Below are positions 13,812 through 23,446 of a DNA stretch of 64,000 bases, piece after piece. The DNA is taken from NCBI RefSeq assembly GCF_056712565.1, contig NZ_CM160072.1; one strand, 5' to 3'. The translations under genes and the position numbers were made by a program. Below the pieces are notes generated by a model, which was not told where the DNA came from, ran no database searches, and worked only from the letters and a program-made list of their open reading frames with translations. Each line of letters opens with the position of its first letter. Positions within the stretch are counted from its first letter, which is position 1.

Positions 13812-14675
13812 ATGATCCGCAGTATGACCGCCTACGCCCGGCGTGAAATCAAGGGTGAATGGGGGAGCGCAACCTGGGAAATGCGCTCGGTAAACCAGCG
13901 TTATCTGGAAACTTACTTTCGTCTGCCGGAGCAGTTCCGTAGCCTTGAACCTGTCGTTCGCGAGCGTATTCGTTCTCGCCTGACGCGCGGTAAAGTGGAA
14001 TGTACCCTGCGCTATGAGCCAGATGTTAGCGCGCAAGGTGAGCTGATCCTCAACGAAAAACTGGCTAAACAGCTGGTAACTGCCGCGAACTGGGTAAAAA
14101 TGCAGAGCGACGAAGGAGAAATCAACCCGGTTGATATTCTACGCTGGCCGGGCGTGATGGCAGCCCAGGAGCAAGATCTCGACGCGATTGCAGCTGAAAT
14201 TCTCGCGGCGTTGGATGGCACCCTGGATGACTTTATCATCGCGCGCGAAACCGAAGGTCAGGCGCTGAAAGTGTTGATTGAGCAGCGTCTGGAAGGCGTC
14301 ACCGCCGAAGTGGTCAAAGTCCGCGCCCATATGCCGGAAATCCTGCAATGGCAGCGTGAGCGTCTGGTAGCGAAGCTGGAAGATGCTCAGGTGCAACTGG
14401 AAAACAACCGTCTGGAGCAGGAGTTGGTTCTGCTGGCACAACGAATTGACGTTGCCGAAGAACTGGACCGCCTCGAAGCGCATGTCAAAGAGACCTACAA
14501 CATTCTGAAGAAAAAAGAAGCGGTTGGCCGTCGTCTGGACTTTATGATGCAGGAGTTCAACCGCGAGTCGAACACTCTTGCTTCGAAATCTATCAATGCC
14601 GAAGTGACGAATTCTGCCATCGAGCTGAAAGTGTTGATTGAGCAGATGCGCGAGCAGATCCAGAATATCGAATAA
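13812..14675 (+). CDS. yicC: YicC-family protein (UPF0701; YicC/YloC-type endoribonuclease family)
   Basis: 287-aa ORF MIRSMTAYARREIKGEWGSATWEMRSVNQRYLETYFRLPEQFR..., recognised as YicC. Confidence 0.85.
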   Translation: MIRSMTAYARREIKGEWGSATWEMRSVNQRYLETYFRLPEQFRSLEPVVRERIRSRLTRGKVECTLRYEPDVSAQGELILNEKLAKQLVTAANWVKMQSDEGEINPVDILRWPGVMAAQEQDLDAIAAEILAALDGTLDDFIIARETEGQALKVLIEQRLEGVTAEVVKVRAHMPEILQWQRERLVAKLEDAQVQLENNRLEQELVLLAQRIDVAEELDRLEAHVKETYNILKKKEAVGRRLDFMMQEFNRESNTLASKSINAEVTNSAIELKVLIEQMREQIQNIE

Positions 14676-14712
14676 GCTATCAGCAAAAATCACCAAGCAG
14701 CAAAAAACCATA

Positions 14713-14740
14713 AAGCCCGCGAAATGTCGGGCTTTTTTGT
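14713..14740 (+). terminator. rho-independent terminator of yicC
   Basis: aagcccgcgaaatgtcgggcttttttgt: 7-bp GC-rich stem, 7-nt loop, T-run. Confidence 0.75.
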
Positions 14741-14782
14741 TATCATGAGCTATCATAACGACGCAACAAAGCGCACAATATG

Positions 14783-14806
14783 CGTGTACATAGAGGTGTA
14801 CATAAT
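14783..14806. repeat. left boundary repeat of integrative element (putative attL or integrase arm-type sites): cgtgtacatagaggtgtacataat
   Basis: Matches 34696..34719 at 22 of 24 positions in direct orientation; contains two 12-bp units with a TGTACA palindromic core; additional degenerate copies at 14814..14836. Confidence 0.6.
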
Positions 14807-14863
14807 GACTTTCATGTACATTGCTTTATGTACACACCCATATTCGATATTCAGGTATTCGCA

Positions 14864-16132
14864 ATGCCAAAACTCACAGATATGCAGATCCGCGCATGGA
14901 TAAAGGCGGGAGACAGATTTGATGGCAAGGCAGACGGCAACGGCCTTTATATTTGCTACCCCAAAAACTACACAGTCCCGTTCTGGCGATTCCGATATAA
15001 GCTCGCAGGAAAACAGCGGGCTATGGTTATCGGCTCTTACTCCGAACTGTCACTATCAAAAGCCAGAGAAATAGCAAAAGAGCTGTCAGCCAGAGTTGCT
15101 CTTGGCTATGACGTAGCAGCAGAAAAACAGGAACGAAAAGCTGAAGCACTGGCAAAAATGGAGGCTGAGAAAAACGCCATGCGCGTTTCAGATCTGGCCG
15201 CCGAATACTTCGAGCGACAGATACTTCCGAGATGGAAACATCCCGATATCCTTCGCCGGAGAATTGATAAGGATATTAACCCCTGCATTGGGCATATGAA
15301 GGTAGAGGACGTTAAGCCACGCCACATTGACGACATGTTGAAAGGTATCGTTGACCGAGGAGCACCAACGATAGCAACAGATGTATTACGCTGGACACGC
15401 CGTATCTTTGACTATGGGATAAAACGCCACGCTCTGGAGATAAACCCTTGTTCAGCGTTTGAAGTATCTGATGCTGGTGGTAAAGAGGTTTCCCGCGACC
15501 GTTGGCTAACTCGCGATGAGCTTATCAGGCTATTCGAGGCTATGCGCACCGCAAAAGGATTCAGCCGCCAGAACGAACTGACATTTAAGCTATTGCTGGC
15601 ACTATGCGTTCGTAAGATGGAGTTATGCGCCGCACGATGGGAAGAGTTTGATTTAGATGGTGCGGTATGGCATTTGCCGGAAGAACGCAGCAAAAACGGA
15701 GACCCTATTGATATACCTCTACCTTCTCCTGCCGTTGAATGGTTGAGAGAGCTACACACCTTTTCATGTAATAGCGCATGGGTGCTTCCAGCCAGGAAGA
15801 TGCAAAACAGAATGATCCCACATATTCAGGAAAGCACTTTACCCGTAGCACTGGCTAAGGTTCGCGCCGAAATGCCGGATGTGCCTAATTTCACGATTCA
15901 CGACTTCCGGCGTACCGCACGTACTCATTTAGCAGCATTGGGTGTTGATCCTGTCGTAGCGGAACGATGCCTCAATCATCGCATTAAGGGTGTGGAGGGG
16001 ATTTATAACCGCCATCAGTATTTTGATGAGCGTAAAGCTGCGCTGGCACAGTGGGCTGATCTGCTGGTGGCACTGGAAAGCGGGAAAGACTACAACGTAA
16101 CGCCATTCGATAAAGCCCGGAGGCAAATGTGA
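14864..16132 (+). CDS. int: tyrosine site-specific integrase, P4-type (N-terminal arm-binding domain plus catalytic domain)
   Basis: 422 aa from ATG 14864 (MPKLTDMQIRAWIKAGDRFDGKADGNGLYIC...WRFRYKLAGKQR); C-terminal R..HDFRRT...Y catalytic signature (HDFRRTARTHL, IYNRHQY). Confidence 0.85.
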   Translation: MPKLTDMQIRAWIKAGDRFDGKADGNGLYICYPKNYTVPFWRFRYKLAGKQRAMVIGSYSELSLSKAREIAKELSARVALGYDVAAEKQERKAEALAKMEAEKNAMRVSDLAAEYFERQILPRWKHPDILRRRIDKDINPCIGHMKVEDVKPRHIDDMLKGIVDRGAPTIATDVLRWTRRIFDYGIKRHALEINPCSAFEVSDAGGKEVSRDRWLTRDELIRLFEAMRTAKGFSRQNELTFKLLLALCVRKMELCAARWEEFDLDGAVWHLPEERSKNGDPIDIPLPSPAVEWLRELHTFSCNSAWVLPARKMQNRMIPHIQESTLPVALAKVRAEMPDVPNFTIHDFRRTARTHLAALGVDPVVAERCLNHRIKGVEGIYNRHQYFDERKAALAQWADLLVALESGKDYNVTPFDKARRQM

Positions 16133-16779
16133 ACAACATCTTGAGAAAATCGCCAATCGAACGGCTTTGTTCATCTGTATCGATTACCCCTCATGAAATG
16201 GCTGTGGCCTTGGCTGGCCTAAACCCATCTATGCGCATTAGCGATGTGCCTGAGGAAAATTTCGAATATGTCGATTTTGTCAGAACTCATCTTGCCAGAG
16301 CTATCAAGGTGTACAGAGGTGAAAAAACTAGTAAAGACGAGCCTTGCCATGCCCTTGATATTTTCTTAGCTTCTTACCCATTTATTGACACAAATACACC
16401 AGAAATAATTGTTCAGAAAATATCAGAAGCGATTGATGATTTGCGTGGCACCAAGGGCTGGGAAGAAAAAGCCCGAAACCTTGGAGGACTCCAGTTAGTA
16501 AACTACATCAAAGAAACCAACCGCAGCGGACGTGGGCAGCATAGAAAGCAGGATGAGGAAAACGGGACAATGAAAATGATGGGGTTGATAGTACATCTGC
16601 TGATAAAAAAATCAGGCTCATCTTCCTACATCCAAAATGGGAAACCTAATCGCACAGCTATATACCGTGACATAGAAACCTTAATCAAGGATGAAGGGAT
16701 ATCCCATAAAGGAATAGCAAAAGCCACATTCCTAGAAAAAATCTCACGGGCTTTATTAGCTGTCCACGATCTCGACTAA
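16129..16779 (+). CDS. hypothetical protein, translationally coupled to int (GTG start overlapping int stop)
   Basis: 216-aa ORF starting inside the ATGTGA at the int stop; no family recognised. Confidence 0.5.
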   Translation: MNNILRKSPIERLCSSVSITPHEMAVALAGLNPSMRISDVPEENFEYVDFVRTHLARAIKVYRGEKTSKDEPCHALDIFLASYPFIDTNTPEIIVQKISEAIDDLRGTKGWEEKARNLGGLQLVNYIKETNRSGRGQHRKQDEENGTMKMMGLIVHLLIKKSGSSSYIQNGKPNRTAIYRDIETLIKDEGISHKGIAKATFLEKISRALLAVHDLD

Positions 16780-17250
16780 TCACTTTTCACGCCCCTCCAA
16801 AGCAATGGCGGGGCATTACCTGTTTACCCATCTCCACCAGCATAGATAATTCTATGCCTAGCCATTGCTATATCTGTTCGGCTTAGTTCATCTGTAATCA
16901 CCCCATCTCTAAAAGATACGCCAGCTATCATTAGCCATTTTAAGCCATCATGAGCCATTATAAACCGACTCAACCAATTGAATAATAAAAGATAAAAGGA
17001 AATGTAAAAACATGATGAATGACGATGAAAGATATAACTCTTTGATAAAACAATGATTTTTTAAACTGGTAACTAATTGAAAATAAAGAAAATAATTATC
17101 CCACCTGCATTTGCAATCTTTCAGTGGATCGGTATTTTTTCAATAGATTTATAATTTCTTTCAATAGATTCTAGTCTTAATAGAAATACTGTATGGGCAA
17201 CCACTAAACTTTAAGTAACTTCATGAGCTATCAGAGAGGTTACTAGAGAT

Positions 17251-17469
17251 ATGACAGCACACAAGCCAGCATCATCAGCTATCCCAACAACTGGATACAT
17301 CCGTCGCTTTCGCATGCCGGAATTGCTAGGTGTTTCACTGCCTACTATTGATAGATGGGTTAAAAATGGCACTCTTCCACGCCCAGTGAAGCTAACAGAT
17401 AACGTGACTGCGTTTGATGCGGTGGAAATTAATAACTGGCTGGCAGAACGCCGAAACACATCAGCCTGA
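17251..17469 (+). CDS. alpA: AlpA-family phage regulatory protein / excisionase-like HTH protein
   Basis: 72-aa ORF; RFRMPELLGVSLPTIDRWVKNGTLPRPVKL is the typical AlpA/Xis-type HTH signature. Confidence 0.8.
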   Translation: MTAHKPASSAIPTTGYIRRFRMPELLGVSLPTIDRWVKNGTLPRPVKLTDNVTAFDAVEINNWLAERRNTSA

Positions 17470-17543
17470 TTAAATGACTACGGGGGATGACGTTCAACCC
17501 CACCAGCAAACAAAAGTAACTTAATTTAATAGCAGGTGTTTTT

Positions 17544-18242
17544 ATGAAACTGCGAAAAACGCCCGTACAGGGGCAGGGCTTCGTTCGGCCTGAAACCAGC
17601 ATGAGCGATATTCTGGTTCGCCACAAAGCGGAGTCGCGCATTGATTCCCGCTTATTTGCTGAGCGTATTGGCATAAAGCACAAAAACCTTTATTCGCTCA
17701 TTCAGAAGCACAAAACCGGATTGCGTGAACTGGGCATCCTTCCGTTTCAAACGGAGCGATTAAAAACCCGTCAAAACGGGGAGCGTGAACATAAGTTTGC
17801 CCTCCTGAATAGCGATCAGTTTGATTACATGTGTCGCATTGTGCGCGGTCGTGATGATGAACGCATGAACCGCTTCAAGCTGGATGTTACGAAGGCATTC
17901 GCAAAACATCGCGCTACCGAGCCTGTACGCCGTGAATATCTGCCAGGCTATCACGAAAGCCGTGACGGGCTTAAAGCACTGGGCGCAGAACGTCACCATT
18001 ACATCAATCTGGCACGCGCAGAGAACCGTGTTACAGGTCTGGTAACTGGCGAACGAGGCACAGCCAGCGAGCAGCAGTTAGGCTTGCTGATTGTCATGCA
18101 GAAAATCGAACAGGCCGCATTTGAGGAGGCGATACAGAACGGCATGACACCTACCGAAGCAGTGCGGGAGGTTGCCCGACGCATGGAGACATTCGCCAGC
18201 CTGATGACATCTGAGCCGTATCTGGGGGTAAATCATGCTTAA
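17544..18242 (+). CDS. phage regulatory protein, Rha-like
   Basis: 232-aa ORF; N-terminal DSRLFAERIGIKHKNLYSLIQKH resembles the Rha family signature. Confidence 0.5.
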   Translation: MKLRKTPVQGQGFVRPETSMSDILVRHKAESRIDSRLFAERIGIKHKNLYSLIQKHKTGLRELGILPFQTERLKTRQNGEREHKFALLNSDQFDYMCRIVRGRDDERMNRFKLDVTKAFAKHRATEPVRREYLPGYHESRDGLKALGAERHHYINLARAENRVTGLVTGERGTASEQQLGLLIVMQKIEQAAFEEAIQNGMTPTEAVREVARRMETFASLMTSEPYLGVNHA

Positions 18243-18978
18243 GGATTTCGCCGCACTTATTCCGGTATCACCTGGCATTATTGGCGGACATGAAACAGCC
18301 ATTGTCAGCGCCAGAGCGTTACATAAGGCGCTTGGTGTGAAGCGTGATTTCACTACATGGATTAAAGGGCGTATTGATCAGTACGGATTTAAAAATGGCG
18401 TGGATTTTGAGTTTGTAGAAAATTTGACCTCCCCCAATCCGGTGAGCGCAAAATCTCGCCAACGTGTAGAGCACGACTACCTGAGTACCATCAACATGGC
18501 GAAAGAACTTGCGATGGTCGAGCGTACCGAACAGGGCCGCGCTATTCGTCAGTACTTCATCAAATGCGAGGAGGAGCTACACAAAGTAGCGCCAGTGCGT
18601 TCCGCAGCGTTACGCCGTGAACTGAAAGCCCGTATCACCGTTGCCAGCTACTTTAAGCCGATGTGTGCCGCGCTGGAGGCGTACCGCGCTGAACTGGGTA
18701 AAAACACGCTCCAGCACCACTACACCACGGAAGCCAATATGCTGGCGCGTATCGTGCTGGGTGGCATGACTGCAAAACAGTGGGCGCAGGCGAACGGCAT
18801 CACAGGCGAACCACGCGACCACATGAGCACGCTGCAGCTTGAGCACCTTTCTTACCTTGAGCAGAGCAATATCACGCTGATTGAGTTAGGCCAGGACTAC
18901 CACCAGCGGAAAGCTGAATTAATTCGTCTTTCGCAACGCTGGTTAGCCCGCCGCATGGAGGTGAGCAGCCATGCGTAA
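18235..18978 (+). CDS. phage antirepressor, AntA/KilAC-type
   Basis: 247-aa ORF; ARALHKALGVKRDFTTWIKGRIDQYGFKNGVDFEF resembles the AntA N-domain; start overlaps the stop of the upstream gene. Confidence 0.55.
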   Translation: MLKDFAALIPVSPGIIGGHETAIVSARALHKALGVKRDFTTWIKGRIDQYGFKNGVDFEFVENLTSPNPVSAKSRQRVEHDYLSTINMAKELAMVERTEQGRAIRQYFIKCEEELHKVAPVRSAALRRELKARITVASYFKPMCAALEAYRAELGKNTLQHHYTTEANMLARIVLGGMTAKQWAQANGITGEPRDHMSTLQLEHLSYLEQSNITLIELGQDYHQRKAELIRLSQRWLARRMEVSSHA

Positions 18979-19528
18979 ACCTGTCTTTTATGCCGGGCGC
19001 ACTGAAATCTCTGTCATTAAATTCGATGACATTCAGGTGCGCATAGTGAGTATCAACGGCGAGCCGTGGTTTGTTGGCGCTGATGTGTGTGCTGCGCTGG
19101 AAATCAGCAATGTTACTGATGCTGTTTCAGTTCTGGATAACGACGAGGTAATGACCCTAGCTTTAACCGAGGGGCATTCCGGTAAGCGTGGTGGTGCCAG
19201 AAGCTGGAATGTTGTCTCTGAATCAGGTTTCTACAAACTGATCGCCCGCAGCCGTAAAGCTTCCACACCTGGCACATTTGCGCACCGTTTCAGTAACTGG
19301 GTATTCCGCGAGGTTATTCCTTCAATCCGCAAAACGGGGAGTTATGGTGTTCCGTTTGCCATGCTGAATGATTTCAGTAAACGCCAGGCTGCATATCAAC
19401 AGGAAGCCAGCAAACGCGGTTACAGGTTACAGCAATGCAAAGAGGCAAAAGATGCACTGGAACGAGAAGAGCGGGCGCTATGGCGTAAATATCAGCCTGA
19501 TTTTCTGGAGGGTGAAAGCAATGTGTAA
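18971..19528 (+). CDS. Bro-N domain protein (phage antirepressor-like)
   Basis: 185-aa ORF; FDDIQVRIVSINGEPWFVGADVCAALEISN is a Bro-N-like signature. Confidence 0.55.
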   Translation: MRKPVFYAGRTEISVIKFDDIQVRIVSINGEPWFVGADVCAALEISNVTDAVSVLDNDEVMTLALTEGHSGKRGGARSWNVVSESGFYKLIARSRKASTPGTFAHRFSNWVFREVIPSIRKTGSYGVPFAMLNDFSKRQAAYQQEASKRGYRLQQCKEAKDALEREERALWRKYQPDFLEGESNV

Positions 19529-19696
19529 CGATCCGAACGTTACAGAAAGAAAAAGCGCCCCGTTGCTGGATAACAGGCAAAACAAAGGCGACCGGGATAG
19601 GTCGCCAGTGGGAACAAAGGAAATCAAACGCATCGCCAACAATGCCAGATTTGCGGCTGGTGGGCAATGTGATCAGTGTGCTGGCTTGCTGGTGGG

Positions 19697-19894
19697 CTAT
19701 TCCTGCTCTTTAGCATCGCCATACTGCGATGTTTTCCAGGTATGCGATCCCATTTTTGTGCGCCTGTACTCTTTTAAGAACTTCTCAAGGACAAACGCAC
19801 ATGGCGCAAATCTTTCCTGTTCTTGTTCGCTTACCGCATTTTTGCGTTGTTTTTTCCTGGATGAGGATAATTTCTTTAATGATTTGTCAGTCAT
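19697..19894 (-). CDS. small hypothetical protein (65 aa), tandem paralog 1, C-terminal ...GDAKEQE
   Basis: Same length and C-terminal KEQE tail as neighbouring ORF; 3-prime DNA similarity (tcctgctcttt); leftward, divergent from the replication operon. Confidence 0.45.
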   Translation of the reverse strand: MTDKSLKKLSSSRKKQRKNAVSEQEQERFAPCAFVLEKFLKEYRRTKMGSHTWKTSQYGDAKEQE

Positions 19895-19951
19895 CGTAGA
19901 TACCTGTAACCCTGTGCGCCACAGTTCACCGCACCACGGCGCTGGTGATGG

Positions 19952-20149
19952 TTACTCCTGCTCTTTGGCCTTCCGGCGCTGTTCATATTTTAATTTGCGT
20001 CCACAGGCATCTAAGACCCATGCGGAAAAATTAGCACTAGGATTAGTTAATTTTTCTTGTTCAACACTGGCATCAATCCCATCTATAAGCTCGTGCGGGA
20101 ATCGAATATTTTTCTTTGCTGATTTGTTGTTTGTGTTTCCGCTAGACAT
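19952..20149 (-). CDS. small hypothetical protein (65 aa), tandem paralog 2, possible DNA-binding regulator
   Basis: MSSGNTNNKSAKKNIRFPHELIDGIDASVEQEK...; adjacent to palindromic operator-like sites at 20178..20257. Confidence 0.45.
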   Translation of the reverse strand: MSSGNTNNKSAKKNIRFPHELIDGIDASVEQEKLTNPSANFSAWVLDACGRKLKYEQRRKAKEQE

Positions 20150-20177
20150 TGGTACACCTCACTTAAATGGATTTGAT

Positions 20178-20257
20178 GGGCGCACACAATACAGCAAAAA
20201 AAGTGAGAAGTTAAGTATTGACATGTGCGCACACATGATTTTAATCTGTGCGCACAG
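20178..20257. promoter_or_regulatory. operator-like region: three copies of palindrome TGTGCGCACA (core 20224..20233; perfect 12-bp palindrome ctgtgcgcacag 20246..20257; half-site copy 20178..20188)
   Basis: Read directly; palindromes bracket a near-consensus promoter. Confidence 0.6.
20218..20245 (+). promoter_or_regulatory. candidate sigma70 promoter of the rightward replication operon (TTGACA, 16 bp, TTTAAT)
   Basis: Perfect -35 hexamer at 20218..20223; -10-like tttaat at 20240..20245; overlapped by operator palindromes. Confidence 0.45.
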
Positions 20258-20354
20258 TTTGGGTTGCATTGCTCAAATTAAGCAACGCCCCGCAGTGCTC
20301 GCAACACATGCAGGGCGTCTAACCACCAACGATAGAAAGCGTATCGAGGTAGCT

Positions 20355-20558
20355 ATGTTAAATCATACCACACACCCGCAAGGGCGGGACTCGCACAACC
20401 TGAATAAATACATCTGGCGTTTTATCGCCCTGAGCACCGCACAACCACGCGTAATACACATCGAGGCCGCCAGCGAACAGGAAGCCCGTCAGCAATCCCC
20501 GGCTGGCTGCGTGATGGTATTTACTGCCCGCATCCGTCAGGGGGAATACTATGCGTGA
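20355..20558 (+). CDS. possible small ORF (67 aa) downstream of switch promoter; stop overlaps start of next gene
   Basis: ATG at 20355 in the frame of a long, otherwise implausible ORF-track ORF; translational coupling (ATGCGTGATGA) to the 85-aa gene. Confidence 0.25.
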   Translation: MLNHTTHPQGRDSHNLNKYIWRFIALSTAQPRVIHIEAASEQEARQQSPAGCVMVFTARIRQGEYYA

Positions 20559-20808
20559 TGAACGATTTATTCTTCTGGAGCAAAAATTCAGTGAAGCGCC
20601 AAAAAATGAAATTGATGCTCTTTTGCATATCGCGAATATGCTAAAAGTAGCAACGTTCCTTATAGTTTCGAATCTGGAGCATGAAACGGCGTTAGATATA
20701 CTGAACAGTGCTGTCGATTATTCTGAATATATTGCCGAGGATAAATACAGGCAATTACCAGATTTGTTAGCCCATAAATATAAAGAAGAACCTCACACCG
20801 GGAAATAA
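20551..20808 (+). CDS. hypothetical protein (85 aa)
   Basis: ORF in operon context upstream of replication gene. Confidence 0.45.
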   Translation: MRDERFILLEQKFSEAPKNEIDALLHIANMLKVATFLIVSNLEHETALDILNSAVDYSEYIAEDKYRQLPDLLAHKYKEEPHTGK

Positions 20809-20810
20809 AC

Positions 20811-21113
20811 ATGAAGAAGATTAAATTTACTGGCTTAAATGCCAGCGGACAGACTCACCCGAAAATCAGGATCGGGGATATTTTCCGGGATAAATATGGT
20901 GACAGCGTGGTTATTAATTCCGTGTATGAACGGCACATTACATACCGCCGCGCAGGGTACGACTATGACTGTGTGATGCCCGTTCATCAGTTCCGGCGTG
21001 ATTTTTCACTGGTATGTGCAGTACCACGCAGTAAGCCCACCAGTAAAGAGAAAGCACGGGCAAATATTCAGGTAATAAAGAACATGATTAACGCATTCAG
21101 GGGCAAGAAATGA
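20811..21113 (+). CDS. hypothetical protein (100 aa)
   Basis: ORF tightly packed between 85-aa ORF and replication gene (overlap ATGA at 21110). Confidence 0.45.
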   Translation: MKKIKFTGLNASGQTHPKIRIGDIFRDKYGDSVVINSVYERHITYRRAGYDYDCVMPVHQFRRDFSLVCAVPRSKPTSKEKARANIQVIKNMINAFRGKK

Positions 21114-23236
21114 AACGCGCACCGAATTTAAAGCACCAGCCGAAAGACAAAATGACGGAGGTGATTATCTTTGCGGGTAGTGATGCCTGGGCACATGCGA
21201 AAGAGTGGAGCGAATGGGCCGGAAAGCATATTGCGGCAGATGATACACATCCAGTTATTCTTGGACCGGAACAACTGGCGAGTCTGGCAGACACGCAAAT
21301 CATCGACAAAGGGCGCTATTACGTGCGCGTTTATCGTGCTGGTGAAATATCAGAGCAGCACCTTACACAGATAGCGACACTGCTTGCAGTGGCGGGTGTG
21401 AAGGAGGCGCGTTGCTACCGCAGCTTTGTTGATCAGCAGCCGGAGGACTGGACACCGCGCATGGCTGGACTGAAGGATGATGCGGAACGCGGTAACAGTC
21501 TGGTGATCAACCTTCCGGCGAAGACAAATTTCACCGGAAATTATGATGACGAATTAAAGCCTCGTGTTGAAAGTCGCGTCGATGGTGTTTTCTGGGTAAC
21601 GCCCAAAGTGGACAAGCAGTCAGGCGAAATTATCCGGCCTGAGACGTGGTTATGTTCTCCGCTTGAACTACTGGGAACAGGAACAATCGGCAAAGAGCAT
21701 TACCGCGTGATGCGCTGGAAAAAACCAGCAAACCATGAGGTCATTACAATGGCGGTCCCGTGCGGAGGCATTGGTGACCGTGACGGCTGGCGGTTGCTGA
21801 AAGACCACGGCCTTAACGTGACGACCAACGGCAAATACAGGGCTATCCTGGCTGACTGGATGCAGTTAAGCGGAAACCATGAGGAATGGCAGTTAAGCAC
21901 AACAACGGGGTGGCATTTTGGTGCGTACATCATGCCGGATGGTTCGGTCATTGGTGAATCAGAGAAACCCATCCTGTTTACCGGAAAAACTGCCGCTGTT
22001 AATGGCTATTCCGTGGCGGGAACAGCGGAGGGCTGGCGCGATACCGTGGCACGGCTGGCTGGTGGTAATCCGTCCATGATGCTGGGTGTGGCGGTATCGC
22101 TATCCGCACCATTAATCGGGCTGGTGGGTGCTGACGGCTTCGGGGTTCATCTTTTTGAGCAATCATCAGCAGGTAAAACCACCACACAGAACATTGCATC
22201 AAGTTTATGGGGAGAGCCGGACGCGCAACGGCTGACCTGGTACGGAACGGCGTTAGGTATCGCCAACGAGGCCGAAGCACATAATGACGGGCTGTTACCC
22301 CTGGATGAAATAGGCCAGGCCGGAAACGCGCGGGAGGTGTCCACGTCAGCCTATACGCTGTTTAACGGTTCCGGGAAATTACAGGGGGCGAAGGACGGCG
22401 GCAACAGGGAGATAAAACACTGGCGCACGGTGGCAATCAGCACCGGAGAAATGGACGTTGAAACATTCCTCAAAACGGAAGGGATAAAAATTAAAGCGGG
22501 GCAGCTTGTCCGTCTGCTTAACGTGCCGATGGAAAAGGCATCGCAGTTTCACGAATACAGCACCGGAAAGGCGCACGCAGACGCGTTAAAAGATGCCTGG
22601 ACAGAAAATCACGGGGCGGCAGGTCGTGAGTGGGTTAAATGGCTGGCAGGTCACCAGCAGGAGGCAAAGGACGCGGTAAGGGCATGTCGCGAGCGGTGGC
22701 GCAACCTGATACCGGAGAGCTACGGCGAGCAGGTTCACCGTGTGGGGGAAAGATTCGCCGTACTGGAGGCCGCGCTTGTGCTTTCCGGTCATGTTACAGG
22801 CTGGGATGTTCAGGCGTGCCGTGATGCAGTTCAGCATAACTTTAATGCCTGGGTGAAGGAATTCGGCACGGGCAACAGGGAATTTAAACAGATGGTTGAA
22901 CAGGCTGAGGCGTTTTTGTCGTCGTTCGGGTTCAGTCGATACCTTCCCTATCCAAACAGCGACGAGCGTGATTTACCGATTAAAGACCTTGCCGGATACA
23001 GAAAGGGGAGTATCAGAAACGAAGATGACGAGTTCCGTTTTTACACGTTCCCGCATGTGTTTGAGGGTGAGATAGCACAGGGATTTAATCCGTCTCACTT
23101 TGCCCGCGCGTTGAGTGCTGCCGGAATGCTGGAAGCGGGAGGCGACCGCCGTTACAAGAAAAAGGCGCTCGGCAGGATTGGCGGGAAGCAGCATATTTTT
23201 TACGTGCTGATGTTCCAGCCTGAAGCAGAAGATTAA
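21110..23236 (+). CDS. putative replication initiator: primase/helicase-like protein with P-loop motif (possibly DUF927-type)
   Basis: 708-aa ORF; P-loop-like FEQSSAGKTTTQ; followed immediately by iteron-like repeats and ssb. Confidence 0.55.
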   Translation: MKRAPNLKHQPKDKMTEVIIFAGSDAWAHAKEWSEWAGKHIAADDTHPVILGPEQLASLADTQIIDKGRYYVRVYRAGEISEQHLTQIATLLAVAGVKEARCYRSFVDQQPEDWTPRMAGLKDDAERGNSLVINLPAKTNFTGNYDDELKPRVESRVDGVFWVTPKVDKQSGEIIRPETWLCSPLELLGTGTIGKEHYRVMRWKKPANHEVITMAVPCGGIGDRDGWRLLKDHGLNVTTNGKYRAILADWMQLSGNHEEWQLSTTTGWHFGAYIMPDGSVIGESEKPILFTGKTAAVNGYSVAGTAEGWRDTVARLAGGNPSMMLGVAVSLSAPLIGLVGADGFGVHLFEQSSAGKTTTQNIASSLWGEPDAQRLTWYGTALGIANEAEAHNDGLLPLDEIGQAGNAREVSTSAYTLFNGSGKLQGAKDGGNREIKHWRTVAISTGEMDVETFLKTEGIKIKAGQLVRLLNVPMEKASQFHEYSTGKAHADALKDAWTENHGAAGREWVKWLAGHQQEAKDAVRACRERWRNLIPESYGEQVHRVGERFAVLEAALVLSGHVTGWDVQACRDAVQHNFNAWVKEFGTGNREFKQMVEQAEAFLSSFGFSRYLPYPNSDERDLPIKDLAGYRKGSIRNEDDEFRFYTFPHVFEGEIAQGFNPSHFARALSAAGMLEAGGDRRYKKKALGRIGGKQHIFYVLMFQPEAED

Positions 23237-23260
23237 CTTCCCTGTGTGAGGTAAAAAGTT

Positions 23261-23383
23261 GCGGGTTATGCGGGTTATCCTGTGCATAAGTTAATTAACT
23301 GCATGATTAAAAAGGAAATCAATAACCCGCACGTAACCCGCAAAACGGCAGTTATAACCCGCAAATGTGCGATTGTAACCCGC
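23261..23383. repeat. iteron-like cluster 1: two direct GCGGGTTAT copies (23261..23278) plus four inverted (A/G)TAACCCGC copies (23322..23383); candidate origin
   Basis: Read directly from sequence; between the replication protein gene and ssb. Confidence 0.7.
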
Positions 23384-23446
23384 AAAATTTCACTGTAAGA
23401 GTGTAAACAAGCGTAACTATCACGTTAAAACCGGAGAACAAACAGC

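Noticed and set aside
19368-20558. 396-aa plus-strand ORF spanning the switch region
   Set aside because: Cys-rich, low-complexity translation typical of a non-coding frame; it overlaps the Bro-N gene 3-prime end, both minus-strand small ORFs and the operator/promoter region. Only its last 67 codons (from ATG 20355) are kept as a low-confidence small ORF.
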